Assembly (NCBI GenBank): GCA_021738625.1
Contig: JAIPBS010000005.1
Coordinates: 51,478 to 115,477, forward strand
Source: Bacteroidales bacterium
GTDB lineage: Bacteria > Bacteroidota > Bacteroidia > Bacteroidales > JAIOZK01
Direction: 5' to 3'
Length of the DNA stretch: 64,000 nt
In this document: in pieces, positions 10,209-20,451 of the stretch
How the letters are laid out: the number at the start of each line of letters is the position of its first letter
Numbering within the stretch: position 1 is the first letter of the stretch
Program-made: the position numbers and the translations under genes
The notes under the pieces: model-generated
Told to the model about the DNA's origin: nothing
Seen by the model: the letters and a program-made list of their open reading frames with translations, nothing else
Databases searched by the model: none

Positions 10209-13200
10209 TTAAGTTAAATAATTCAGTTCTATTTCGTCATCAATGTAAATAATCAACATTTTTATATTCTTATAGCCCATGGCAGCAGCAATATCTTTGT
10301 ATTGCTGAAGTTGCTGTTTATGATTTGGGCGTTTTTGTCCTGTTTTATAATCAATGATCCAGGTTTCATTATCCAGTATTACGAAACGATCTGGACGATG
10401 AATAGAGCCATGCTCATCGATCATTTCTGCTTCGTTTTTTACCTGAATGCCCTTTTTGAAAAATCTTTTCAACCCGGTATGATTGATCAGTCCGGTGATT
10501 TTCTGAAGGATTGTGGGGTAGTCTTTTTCTTCGAAATATCCTTTGATCAGAAATTCATGAACCGTTTTCTCCACCTGGTCGGCATAGCTAATTTCCGAAA
10601 GGATCAAATGAATGAGTTTACCCCACTCTTCTCTTGTTTCACTCTGATCGAGGTTCCATACACGCGGTGCGGCCCTTGACAGGATCAGCCTGTCGTGGTA
10701 ATCAATGGAAACTGGTTGATAACTTTTCTGTTTTTCCGGTTTTTTTTGCTTGTGCTTTGCTGCATGGAATTCACCAAACTCATAAACATTCACATCTTCT
10801 CTCAGTCTTTCTTTTTGTTCGAGAAAATAATTGATCAGTTCGGGAATCGAACTGATTTCGTCTTTTGGTTGGACCCTTGTTGTTAGTATGTAAAGCTTTT
10901 GTTTGGATCTGGTTAATGCCACGTAAAGCAGATTCAGCATATCAATGAACGAGAGGTTCATTTCCATTTCATATTCCTGCTGGTGCCTTGTTTTGAGCAT
11001 ATCTTTTGTGGTTGGAACAAGAGCAACAGGAAGAAAATTTTCCATTTCGACATCGGGCTTTATCCAGAGGTTTGCTTTTGTGGGACGCACCTTCTGGATG
11101 GCAAAAGGATATATAACATTGTTGAAAGCCAGTCCTTTGGCTTTGTGTATTGTCAATATTTGAACTGCATCTTCCAAACCGGAGGAAAGCACTGAAAAAG
11201 TACTTTTATTTTCATGCCAGTATTGAAGGAATTCTTGTAATGCGGGATTGTGTTGTACGGTGAATTGATGAACCACATTCAGAAACTGCTCAAGAAAAGC
11301 ATCTTCTTCCTGGTTCAGTCCGAATATACGTATTGTTTCCTCAACCAGGTCGTACAGATTCAGCTGACGCAAAAAACCCGGCCGGACTTTATAATTCAAC
11401 TTTTTTATAAACTCCTGAAAACCCAGGTTTCTTTCTCCATTTAGCTTTTCATACAAGCTGCTGATATTTTCTGATTGTATCTTTTCCTGCATGTAAAGAT
11501 ATGTGATGATATGCACCTGATATATTTTTTCGGAGGGTTCATTTAGATACTCAAGAACAGCGATCAGAAAATTGCATTTGGGATGATTGGCAAGCAAAAG
11601 GGATTCGGAAGAGATCACATTATACCCATTGGCAACAAGGTGGTTTGCCACCCGGCTTGCTTCTTGGTTCGACCTGCATAATACAGCCGTGTCTGATAGC
11701 TTTGATTCGCCCGATTGGATATCGCTGACGATGCGTTCGACCGCTTCCAGGTTATCTTCAATCAGTTCGGCTTTCCTTTTATTTTCAAACAATTCGATGC
11801 GGACATATCCTTTATTGCGATCCGGATTGAATTGCTGGACCGGATTTTTATAAAGGCTGCGATACTTTTCAGGAATAAGGCTGGCGACTGAACCGAAGAA
11901 TTCATTGTTAAACCTTACGATCTGCGCTTCTGAGCGGAAATTGGTTTTCAATTCTTCTGCCAAATAACTTCTTTTAAGGGTAGCTTCCCGTTCACCGATC
12001 AGGGGATTCTCTGTCGATCCCGGCAGGGAAGGCAGATTGATGAATTGTTCAAAGTCACCGCTGCGCCAGCGGTAAACCGCCTGTTTGGCGTCTCCAACAA
12101 GCATGTTGTAATTTCCGCTTGCCAGGGCATTTTCGATCAATGGCAGCATGTTTTGCCATTGCAAAAGGGAGGTGTCTTGAAATTCATCAATAAGAAAGTA
12201 TCTGTATCTTTCTCCAAGTCTCTCATAAATGAATGGAATGGGCTCATTCAATACAATTGCGGCGATCCTTTTGTTGAACTCGGAAATATGGATCATGTTT
12301 TTTTCTTCCCGGTAGGCTTCAATAATCTTTTCGATCTCATTCAAAACGGCAAGTGAATATATGTTGCGTTTTATGAGCACCAGGAGCTTGTATTCCGGAT
12401 AGTCATGATCTATCAAGACTTGCATGTTCCCGTATATACCTGAAAGTTCATCTGTCAAAAATTCGGGCAGTTCAATGGGTTTCGATTTGGAGGTCCATTG
12501 TTCTTCCTGAATTGTTTTAATGACATTCGTGTTGGGTTCGATTTTGCTGAAGTCTTCATTTGCCAGGCGCAAGAAATACCCATAAATTCCTCTTTTCCCC
12601 TGGAAAAGGGATTTCTCGTCAAGGCCTGCTTTATGAATTTGGCCAAGGGCTTTTCCAGCCATCCCGGAAAGCTTGTTTTCAAAGTTGTTGCAAAACCCGT
12701 TTATGCGTTTGTTCAATGAAAGAAAGTCATCAATATCATAGTTTTTCAGTTGTTCAAAAAACTGTTGTCCTTCTTCTTTTAACAGGTTGGAGGCAATCTT
12801 TTTCAATTCGTTATCGATGTTCCAGTATTTTTCCTCTTCTATTCGCGAAAGGGTAAAAGCGATCAGGGCACGGGTGAGTTTTGTATCTGTTCCGGCCTTG
12901 CTGATCAGCAGATCGACCGCTTGTGAAATAAGCCTGTCTGCATCCAGTTCAACTTCAAAATTCAGGGGGATGTTCAGATCGTAGGCAAAGGTTTTGACAA
13001 TGCGATGCACAAAACTGTCGATGGTTCCAATTGCAAATTCTGAATAATTATGCAGGATCAGCTCAAGAACCCGTCCCGAATTATCTCTTATCGCCTCCCC
13101 GGTCAAATTAAGTTCTTCTTCCAATTGACGGAGTAAAACGATTGTTTCGGGATCACTGGTTTGTTCGCCTTTTTCTGAAAGAATTTTCAAATACCTAATG

Positions 13201-13358
13201 ATGCGTTCTTTCATCTCATTGGCTGCCTTATTGGTAAAGGTGATGGCCAGGATGTTTTTATAGTTTTCAGGTTTGCTGATGGCAATCTTGAGATACGCTT
13301 TTACAAGGGTAAATGTTTTTCCTGATCCGGCCGATGATCGATAAACAACGAAAGGCAT
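10209..13358 (-). CDS. UvrD/AddA-type helicase with a C-terminal PD-(D/E)XK nuclease domain
   Basis: 1049 aa. Walker A is SAGSGKTFTL and helicase motif II is LIDEFQDTS. The C-terminal nuclease-like motif is RPDRFVILDNETWIIDYKTG. Confidence 0.85.
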   Translation of the reverse strand: MPFVVYRSSAGSGKTFTLVKAYLKIAISKPENYKNILAITFTNKAANEMKERIIRYLKILSEKGEQTSDPETIVLLRQLEEELNLTGEAIRDNSGRVLELILHNYSEFAIGTIDSFVHRIVKTFAYDLNIPLNFEVELDADRLISQAVDLLISKAGTDTKLTRALIAFTLSRIEEEKYWNIDNELKKIASNLLKEEGQQFFEQLKNYDIDDFLSLNKRINGFCNNFENKLSGMAGKALGQIHKAGLDEKSLFQGKRGIYGYFLRLANEDFSKIEPNTNVIKTIQEEQWTSKSKPIELPEFLTDELSGIYGNMQVLIDHDYPEYKLLVLIKRNIYSLAVLNEIEKIIEAYREEKNMIHISEFNKRIAAIVLNEPIPFIYERLGERYRYFLIDEFQDTSLLQWQNMLPLIENALASGNYNMLVGDAKQAVYRWRSGDFEQFINLPSLPGSTENPLIGEREATLKRSYLAEELKTNFRSEAQIVRFNNEFFGSVASLIPEKYRSLYKNPVQQFNPDRNKGYVRIELFENKRKAELIEDNLEAVERIVSDIQSGESKLSDTAVLCRSNQEASRVANHLVANGYNVISSESLLLANHPKCNFLIAVLEYLNEPSEKIYQVHIITYLYMQEKIQSENISSLYEKLNGERNLGFQEFIKKLNYKVRPGFLRQLNLYDLVEETIRIFGLNQEEDAFLEQFLNVVHQFTVQHNPALQEFLQYWHENKSTFSVLSSGLEDAVQILTIHKAKGLAFNNVIYPFAIQKVRPTKANLWIKPDVEMENFLPVALVPTTKDMLKTRHQQEYEMEMNLSFIDMLNLLYVALTRSKQKLYILTTRVQPKDEISSIPELINYFLEQKERLREDVNVYEFGEFHAAKHKQKKPEKQKSYQPVSIDYHDRLILSRAAPRVWNLDQSETREEWGKLIHLILSEISYADQVEKTVHEFLIKGYFEEKDYPTILQKITGLINHTGLKRFFKKGIQVKNEAEMIDEHGSIHRPDRFVILDNETWIIDYKTGQKRPNHKQQLQQYKDIAAAMGYKNIKMLIIYIDDEIELNYLT

Positions 13359-13367
13359 AAAACAAAT

Positions 13368-16300
13368 TTACTGCATATCGGGTTTGATTTGATTTTTTGT
13401 TTTGTTCTTTCTCGGGAACAGTGCATCGAATTCTTTTCTCCAGGATATCCCGATCCCCTGGGTGTAAGGCGCAATGTCGTCAAGGGTGTTGATGTCGTAT
13501 ATGGAATTGATGTTGGAGCGATTAAATGCCCTGACCCGGAATCTGCCGTCTTCGGTAAGCTTGACTTCAATATTGACATCCCCGACAATATTGCTGGCAT
13601 TTCTGGTTGCTTCATCGCCGACCACTCCAAAATTCCCGTCAATGATAACACGGTCGTCGAATAGCTGGGTAGAAAGGGCCACTTCCAGTTCTTCCTGCGA
13701 GATTTGATCACCGGGTCTGTAATTCACACCTACATTAAAATCCTTACTGATCTGCGATAGCAAATTGCTCAATTGATTTGAGATCAGCTTGGCGGAGGCG
13801 GTGGAGGCATTGAATCCGGAGGTTTTGTAGCTAAAACTGCCCAGTACAAGCAATGAGATCATCTGCTGGTTCATTTGCGCATTGTCTGTTGTATCGAGGA
13901 CGGAGTAAACCAACTGACGGGTTTGATCATCCACATTCGGTAATTCGATGCTGAATTTTATATCGGGATCGAAGAGTTGGTTTTTCAATGTAATAATGCA
14001 GTTCACATTTATCCTTTGTGAGAAGGAAGATGTGGTGTCGATCTGCAGACCAAGGCCGTCGAGTGATGTTTTCAGGCGGTAAAGGGCTCTCACGTCAATT
14101 TCTGCATCGTAGGGGTTTCCCGTCCAGGATATTTTCCCACCCTTCAGTATCTGGAATCTTCTGTTTACAAGGTTTCGAAGTGTGAACAAAAAGGTACCGT
14201 CATTGATCACATAGTCTCCGTTCATCTGGAAATCGCCTTGCGGATCGATACCAATCTTAATATTTCCCTCGCCTGTTGCCTTGATCTCACCCATATTCAT
14301 TGGCAAGAACAACTCAATCTCCGCCTGCGGGGTTACGTTCACTTCCAGGTTCATATCCAGGCCTTCAAGATTTACATCATAATCTGGTTTTTTTGATTGT
14401 ATGGTGTCTCCCGAAGGATTCACAAAAACGATATAATCATTCTCGTACAATTCTGTTTCCGTGCTGATGGGAATACGAATATGTGTTCCTTTATTGCTTC
14501 TGGCTTTCACATTGAATTTCAGGTTGTCGAAGGGTCCAAATATTTCAGCTATCCCGGTGGCATAAGCCTCACCGTAGAAACTTTTGTTTTGATTGTAATT
14601 GGTGCTGAGGACAAGAAGATCATTTGGTTCGATATCGAGCTTGAGTTGCCAGTCGGTAAGCTTCTTATGAGTCAGCCGGCCGTTAAGCAGCGCTGAATTT
14701 CTGATGGAATCGTAAATACGCATGTTTTCGATTGATATAAGACCCTCAGAGAATTGAACATCATGCGAAAATGTATAATATACATCAAGGTAATCAACAC
14801 GCAATCCACCTCTCATAATCCTCACAGAGCCCAGCAATTTGGGATTACCGGCTTTGCCCCTAATGCTCAGCTGTCCTGAGGCCAATCCTTCAATGTCGCT
14901 GAAAATGCCCCGAACCATAGGGTTAAGCGGGTATAATTGCATGTTGGCTAAATTCAGATCAAAGTGTAAACTGTCTCTTTCCGGACTGGCAAAATAGTGA
15001 CCGCTTCCTTTCAGGATTGTATCTGCTTTTGCAGCACCTTTAACAATTTCGGCTCTTGCAAACAATGCATTGGACTGATGGTCCCAATTGCTGAATAGAT
15101 TGAAATCCCCTAATTCATGTTTGTTGAAATACATATCATGTATCGACAAATTGGATATAAAGTGCGGCGAATGATAAAGGTCCCAAAGGCTGACTTCTCC
15201 GTTGATTTCACCATCAACGTCCAGAGCCTTGCCTGCATAGATTAGGTCAAAATTGGAAACTTTCCAGTTGCTGAACTTCAGGTTGAGCGTGTCGGAGGGA
15301 TTGTAGCTTATTTTGCCGTTAACACTGAAATCCTGTTCATGGCTTCTGATATCGAAATCTCTGATAGCAACACTACTGGAATCAATGATGAGCAAATTGT
15401 TTTTATTGATACGCCAGTTGGTGTCGTTCACATGAATTTTCGCACTTGTGATTTTTGCCCGGATTTCAGGATGTTTTCTGAAGTTCACATAACCTTTGAT
15501 ATCGGCAACATTCCAATCAACATCTTCCTGATCGTCCCAGCCCATTCTAAATCTGATGCTGTCGTTAATAAAGGTCGAGGTGAAATAGACGCTGTCAAGC
15601 CCCAGTTCAACCGAATCAACTTCCGAAGATTCCCTGAAAATTATTTTTCTGCCATTGGTATTAACTGTTAAATCTTTCTGCGTGGCAGCAGTGCTGAGAG
15701 ACCAGTCACGTATCTTCAGGCCGCCATACTGAACGGAGTCCGCATTTGCATTAACATCAAGCCGATTGTCAGAAAAATTGTAAACTCCGTTTAATAAGGT
15801 ATGGTCCGACAATTGAAGGTTGGGTAGGAATAACTCTGTTAGAGGATCTGAATTGATCAGATCAACGGAGAAGGTGAGATGCTGATTTTTTAAACTGTCG
15901 GTTACAGGGATCTGCTCATCCATCAGTGCATCCACATATTTGTCATTGAATAATTTAAAGGAAGGTATAAGCTTACTGAACTGGAAAAATCCATTTAAAT
16001 CTGCATGGATATAATCTGATTTCAGCGATACCGACTGTAGACCCATAGTGTCAGGGCTGATCGTTAGGAGCAGGCTGTCCATCACATAATACCGGTCACC
16101 TTCTTTGTAGGTTGTACTGTCAATTTCGATACGCCCCGACATTTCATCCAACTCAAGGCCCCTGAAGTTGATTTTCAAAATTGAGGAAAGGAGCATAAGG
16201 GTATCCCTTTTTAGCAGGTTTAGTTCGTAAAGATTGGCGTCATCAACCTTTGCATAGAAATCAAATACTGGGGTTTCGCTTTGAAAATCAACAACTCCGT

Positions 16301-17816
16301 TAAAATACATATTCAACAATTCATCGGATACCATAAGATCGCCCTGGAACTTTTTATTGGCAAGTTTTCCGTTTATGTTTATTTTTTCAAATTGTTCTTG
16401 TTGAAAGATCATCGAATCAATAATCCCATGTATCACGATCTCAACATTTTCGGCAGTAAGTCCCTGGCCATCTATATCTGCGTCCATACTCATTTTTCCC
16501 AGTATTTTTCTGCTGTCGAGGAATTTTCCCAGGTCAAATTCCGTTGCCTTAACATGTCCTTTATACTTAAATTCATTGGTTTGTTTTTTGTGCCTGAGGG
16601 TTACATCGGTGCGAATTTTACCGATGGAAGTTTTAATTTTTGCATTGGCTGCGAAGTCGTTATAAAATCCAGTGAATAAACCACTTAAGTGAATGGTCTT
16701 CATGCTTTCAATGTTTTCGGGCAATTTAATATTTTGTCCGCTACCGGGAAGCTGAAGGGATTCGATATCATTTTTGTTTGTGTTTAACCGGTTGATGTTC
16801 AGATCAACAAATGTTTCCATTACATCAGGCAATCCCCGTAAGAAAACGTTACCATGGAGATAGGAGTTATGACCGAATCCCAGTTTCATGTTTTTGCCCC
16901 GCAGGCTGCTGACCGGCCCCAGGAACGTACCCGATATTTCGATTGTGTTTTTCATATCGAACAAAACAGGAGCGAAGTAACCCAGATCATGCATGTATAG
17001 ATCGGATTTACCGATCACTGTGTTCAGGTTGACGTCATTCAGAAAATCGTTGAAGGCGGCATATTGATCGTAGTTGAACTCCAGGTTCATGGATAATTCC
17101 GATTGATTGGTGATTACTTTCAAATGCTCGGCACGAATGCCTTTATTGCTTACTGCAAATTCACCTTTAAGTTTATTCAGTTGAAACCCACTTTTTTCAA
17201 TGGCATTCAATTCATCTACTTTAAAGCGGATCGTATCCGATTCACCGCCCAGGGAAATATCATCCAGGTAAAGTCTTATATCATAAACCCCGAGATGCTT
17301 GAAGTCCATTCCGGAGTCAGTCGGGGCGATATTCAGATCGTTGAGCGTGAATTTGCCATCGGTCATCCTAAAACGCTCCATTTCGATTTCCCACTGGCCG
17401 GTATCCGATCGGGGATTGTCGGATTTAATGCTTTCCAATACATGGTTGATGTTCATTAGGCTGTCACCTTTATACATTGCCAGGTGGAAAACTGTCTTTA
17501 AAAGACTCAGCTTGTTGATTTTTAAAGTTTTTTTAGCAGGGCTGAGTTTGCTGATATCAAGATTGATGTAAATCCTGTCCGATGTAAGTAAATCATTTTT
17601 CCGGTGGTCCTGTATTTGGACCTTTCTCATTTCTATGGTAAGCAGGGGATTAATTGTAAGGCTTTCGATATGGACCTTGGTTTGCAGTTGTTTCGAAAGA
17701 TAAGCCGATCCGGTCCTGGCAAGAAATGTTTGCACCAGGGGTTCCCTGAGGATGGAAAATAAAACGAAGGGTGTAACCAGAATGGCCACCATCAGATGCA
17801 ATAATATTTTTTTCAA
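13368..17816 (-). CDS. tamB: TamB-like translocation and assembly module protein (DUF490 C-terminus)
   Basis: The long ORF (13368-17951 in the track) has an N-terminal TM anchor (KKILLHLMVAILVTPFVLFSIL). The body is a huge predicted beta-rich region, and the TamB-type C-terminus reads DDRVIIDGNFGVVGDE...VKLTEDGRFRVRAFNRSN. The start is placed at the in-frame TTG at 17816; an ATG at 17792 is also possible. The track start at 17951 would overlap the divergent tsaD gene and its promoter. Confidence 0.8.
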   Translation of the reverse strand: MKKILLHLMVAILVTPFVLFSILREPLVQTFLARTGSAYLSKQLQTKVHIESLTINPLLTIEMRKVQIQDHRKNDLLTSDRIYINLDISKLSPAKKTLKINKLSLLKTVFHLAMYKGDSLMNINHVLESIKSDNPRSDTGQWEIEMERFRMTDGKFTLNDLNIAPTDSGMDFKHLGVYDIRLYLDDISLGGESDTIRFKVDELNAIEKSGFQLNKLKGEFAVSNKGIRAEHLKVITNQSELSMNLEFNYDQYAAFNDFLNDVNLNTVIGKSDLYMHDLGYFAPVLFDMKNTIEISGTFLGPVSSLRGKNMKLGFGHNSYLHGNVFLRGLPDVMETFVDLNINRLNTNKNDIESLQLPGSGQNIKLPENIESMKTIHLSGLFTGFYNDFAANAKIKTSIGKIRTDVTLRHKKQTNEFKYKGHVKATEFDLGKFLDSRKILGKMSMDADIDGQGLTAENVEIVIHGIIDSMIFQQEQFEKININGKLANKKFQGDLMVSDELLNMYFNGVVDFQSETPVFDFYAKVDDANLYELNLLKRDTLMLLSSILKINFRGLELDEMSGRIEIDSTTYKEGDRYYVMDSLLLTISPDTMGLQSVSLKSDYIHADLNGFFQFSKLIPSFKLFNDKYVDALMDEQIPVTDSLKNQHLTFSVDLINSDPLTELFLPNLQLSDHTLLNGVYNFSDNRLDVNANADSVQYGGLKIRDWSLSTAATQKDLTVNTNGRKIIFRESSEVDSVELGLDSVYFTSTFINDSIRFRMGWDDQEDVDWNVADIKGYVNFRKHPEIRAKITSAKIHVNDTNWRINKNNLLIIDSSSVAIRDFDIRSHEQDFSVNGKISYNPSDTLNLKFSNWKVSNFDLIYAGKALDVDGEINGEVSLWDLYHSPHFISNLSIHDMYFNKHELGDFNLFSNWDHQSNALFARAEIVKGAAKADTILKGSGHYFASPERDSLHFDLNLANMQLYPLNPMVRGIFSDIEGLASGQLSIRGKAGNPKLLGSVRIMRGGLRVDYLDVYYTFSHDVQFSEGLISIENMRIYDSIRNSALLNGRLTHKKLTDWQLKLDIEPNDLLVLSTNYNQNKSFYGEAYATGIAEIFGPFDNLKFNVKARSNKGTHIRIPISTETELYENDYIVFVNPSGDTIQSKKPDYDVNLEGLDMNLEVNVTPQAEIELFLPMNMGEIKATGEGNIKIGIDPQGDFQMNGDYVINDGTFLFTLRNLVNRRFQILKGGKISWTGNPYDAEIDVRALYRLKTSLDGLGLQIDTTSSFSQRINVNCIITLKNQLFDPDIKFSIELPNVDDQTRQLVYSVLDTTDNAQMNQQMISLLVLGSFSYKTSGFNASTASAKLISNQLSNLLSQISKDFNVGVNYRPGDQISQEELEVALSTQLFDDRVIIDGNFGVVGDEATRNASNIVGDVNIEVKLTEDGRFRVRAFNRSNINSIYDINTLDDIAPYTQGIGISWRKEFDALFPRKNKTKNQIKPDMQ

Positions 17817-17827
17817 ACGTTTTTTAA

Positions 17828-17835
17828 TAATTTTG
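17828..17835 (+). promoter_or_regulatory. Bacteroidota-type -7 promoter box (TAATTTTG) for tsaD
   Basis: Exact match to TAnnTTTG, 21 nt upstream of the tsaD ATG at 17857. Confidence 0.4.
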
Positions 17836-17856
17836 TTCCCCTGATTAAACGTTAAA

Positions 17857-18888
17857 ATGGGTCTGTATATTCTCGGAATAGAATCATCGTGTGACGATAC
17901 ATCTGCGGCAGTTAGCAATGACACCCACATTCTTGCCAATACCGTGGCCAACCAGGATATTCACAGGAATTTTGGCGGTGTTGTGCCGGAACTGGCCTCC
18001 AGGGCACATCAGCAGAACATTATTCCGGTAATCGAGCATGCGCTCAAACAGGCAAATATAAGCAAAAATCAACTTCATGCCATAGCATTTACACGCGGAC
18101 CGGGGCTTCTCGGGTCGCTACTGGTGGGGGGGTCATTTGCAAAATCAATGGCCCTGGCCCTGGGTATTCCGATTATTGAGGTGGATCATATGCAGGCTCA
18201 TATCCTGGCACATTTCATTTCCAATGAAAAAAAAACGGTTCCCCTTTTTCCCTTTCTTTGTCTGACGGTTTCGGGAGGGCATACCCAGATCGTGAAGGTG
18301 AATGATCATTTTGATATGGAAATACTGGGTCAAACCATTGATGATGCTGCCGGTGAGGCATTTGATAAAGCTTCTAAGATCATGGGGGAGACATACCCCG
18401 GAGGACCTGTAATCCAGCGCCTGAGTCAAAAAGGAAATTCTGATGCGATCCGGTTTCCTAAGCCTGATATCCCGGATTTGAATTTTAGTTTTAGCGGTTT
18501 GAAAACATCTTTTCTCTATCATATCAGGGATCAGCTCAAAAGTAACCCCCATTATGTGGAAGAAAACAAAAACGACCTGGCTGCCTCAATTCAAAAAACC
18601 ATAGTTGAAATTCTGACTGAAAAACTTAAACAGGCCGCACAACTGCACAACATCGACCAGATTGCCATAGCGGGAGGGGTGTCAGCCAATGCCGCGTTAA
18701 GAGATAAATTAAAGGAACTCGGCAAGAAACACCAATGGGATGTCTTTATTCCCCGCTTCGAATATACTACTGATAATGCTGCAATGATAGCCATTACAGC
18801 TTATTTTAAGTACCTGAAAAAGGATTATTCTTCTCTTAAGGTTGCTCCCTATACCCGCCATAAATCGCATCCCCGTGAAATGAAATAA
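17857..18888 (+). CDS. tsaD: tRNA N6-adenosine threonylcarbamoyltransferase TsaD
   Basis: 343 aa. The N-terminus ILGIESSCDDTSAAV and the motifs VPELASRAH, LTVSGGHT and IAGGVSAN are typical of the Kae1/TsaD family. Confidence 0.95.
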   Translation: MGLYILGIESSCDDTSAAVSNDTHILANTVANQDIHRNFGGVVPELASRAHQQNIIPVIEHALKQANISKNQLHAIAFTRGPGLLGSLLVGGSFAKSMALALGIPIIEVDHMQAHILAHFISNEKKTVPLFPFLCLTVSGGHTQIVKVNDHFDMEILGQTIDDAAGEAFDKASKIMGETYPGGPVIQRLSQKGNSDAIRFPKPDIPDLNFSFSGLKTSFLYHIRDQLKSNPHYVEENKNDLAASIQKTIVEILTEKLKQAAQLHNIDQIAIAGGVSANAALRDKLKELGKKHQWDVFIPRFEYTTDNAAMIAITAYFKYLKKDYSSLKVAPYTRHKSHPREMK

Positions 18889-18917
18889 TAGCCAATTGGT
18901 TCTGCAAGCCAGATTAC

Positions 18918-20327
18918 TTATTCATCACGTAGCATAGCATCATAGTTTTCCAGGAAATCCGGTATTTGTTCAGCAGCAATTCTTTTGGCAATGATCTGCT
19001 TTTCTTTATTAAGGAGGTAAATGACGGGTGTGCTATAGATATCGTAAAGGTCATGATAGTCAGCTGTAACACTGCGTGTTCCGTTAACATGTTGCCAGTT
19101 AAGTTGATTTTCAACGATATAGTTCTTCCATTTCTTCAGACTGGTATCCGTGCAAATAGCGAAAATCTTAATATCCATCTTCGTACTGTCGGTAAATGCC
19201 TTCAGGTGCTTGATTTCTTTTTTGCAAACCCCGCAACCATGATCCCAGAATAAAATAATCAGATAGTCAGACTGTATGCCGTAAAATGACTGAAACCCTC
19301 CGGCCGTGTCCATCATGATCAGATTAGGCGGGCGTTGGCCGATTAACAGGGGTTTGAGTTTTTCGGCCCGTTCAATGATATTTTTTCTGATATTCGATGA
19401 AGCATCCACCCGTTCATCATTTTTGAAATATTTTTCAGCCACATGAACAAACACCTTGTCCTGCCCCATAATCTCTGTCCCATCAAAGTTTTCAATTAGA
19501 TACCAGATGATGTAGTTAAACAAATCATTGTTGTCGCCGGTCTTTTCCAGGATCATGTCAGCCGCGGCGATAAGCGAATCGGGCATGGGTAAAATCACTT
19601 TTTCGAAATAGGTTGAAAACTTGTTATGCAAAACGGGAGTCCTGAGCAAACGTTCGTCCGTTAAATCGATGCCATCCCAATAGTGATCTTTGTACCAGGA
19701 GTATTTTTGCCCGGGATTTTTGTAAACGCTGTCGGGCATCTTTTCGGTTATCTGCGATTCATTTGCCAGTTCAAGTATAAGCGAAGTGATATGATCGGGA
19801 TGATTTCGCATAAAGTCCTTTTTGAATTGGATGACTTCCTTGTTGATATCCTTCATCATTTCTTTGTAAATTAGAAGGCTGTCTGTTGCTTTGGGGTTAT
19901 TTATGCGCTTTTTCAGGGAGTTCAGTTTTTTAAATTTCCTTTCACTGAAAGCCAGATATTCAAAAAGGATATTATTCTCCGGGGATTTTGAAAAGCTGGT
20001 GTTTTGAACTGTTTCTTCGGTTGAGGTTTGAATCTTGAATTTTTGATTTTCTTCAACAACAAATTCCATCAGCTTGTTCTTATCCTGTCTTATGATCATA
20101 TACAGGCCGTGTGGTAATGATTTCTTACCTTCAACAACGAATTTGCCTTTGCTTCCGTACGCCGTGTCAACGGATACAATCCTGTCACCGTAATAACTTC
20201 CCAAATAAACAACCGAATCGTTTATTCCATCAATGTTGATCTTAATCTTATAGCCATCGTCCTGGGCGGTTGCGTTTAAAGAAGTAAAACACAAGACCCA
20301 GGTTATTATACTTAAACACCTGATCAT
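18918..20327 (-). CDS. Exported thioredoxin-fold thiol:disulfide oxidoreductase (TlpA/ResA-like) with an N-terminal extension
   Basis: 469 aa with a signal peptide. The C-terminal thioredoxin-like domain carries a CxxC motif (FWDHGCGVCKKE). Confidence 0.75.
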   Translation of the reverse strand: MIRCLSIITWVLCFTSLNATAQDDGYKIKINIDGINDSVVYLGSYYGDRIVSVDTAYGSKGKFVVEGKKSLPHGLYMIIRQDKNKLMEFVVEENQKFKIQTSTEETVQNTSFSKSPENNILFEYLAFSERKFKKLNSLKKRINNPKATDSLLIYKEMMKDINKEVIQFKKDFMRNHPDHITSLILELANESQITEKMPDSVYKNPGQKYSWYKDHYWDGIDLTDERLLRTPVLHNKFSTYFEKVILPMPDSLIAAADMILEKTGDNNDLFNYIIWYLIENFDGTEIMGQDKVFVHVAEKYFKNDERVDASSNIRKNIIERAEKLKPLLIGQRPPNLIMMDTAGGFQSFYGIQSDYLIILFWDHGCGVCKKEIKHLKAFTDSTKMDIKIFAICTDTSLKKWKNYIVENQLNWQHVNGTRSVTADYHDLYDIYSTPVIYLLNKEKQIIAKRIAAEQIPDFLENYDAMLRDE

Positions 20328-20386
20328 TGTTTTTTTGACTTTTGCTTATTTCAACGGTTTTGCAACGGTATTATTTGGGAAGGGAT

Positions 20387-20419
20387 AAAAAAAAGCGCCC
20401 GGCAAGAGGCACCGGACGC
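20387..20419 (-). terminator. Rho-independent terminator after the orphan histidine kinase gene
   Basis: The minus-strand RNA reads GCGUCCGG-UGCCUCUUG-CCGGGCGC followed by U8. The stem is 8 bp including one G-U pair. The site is 33 nt downstream of the stop at 20452. Confidence 0.6.
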
Positions 20420-20451
20420 ATTTACTCCCCAAAAGTTGTGAATTAAGGCTA

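Noticed and set aside
10209-13358. I considered the UvrD-like helicase with a PD-(D/E)XK nuclease as a possible anti-phage defence gene.
   Set aside because: Its architecture and motifs match housekeeping AddA-type recombination helicase-nucleases. An AddB-like partner is present in the window. There are no neighbouring defence-island hallmarks such as methyltransferases, toxins, integrases or an obvious change in sequence character.
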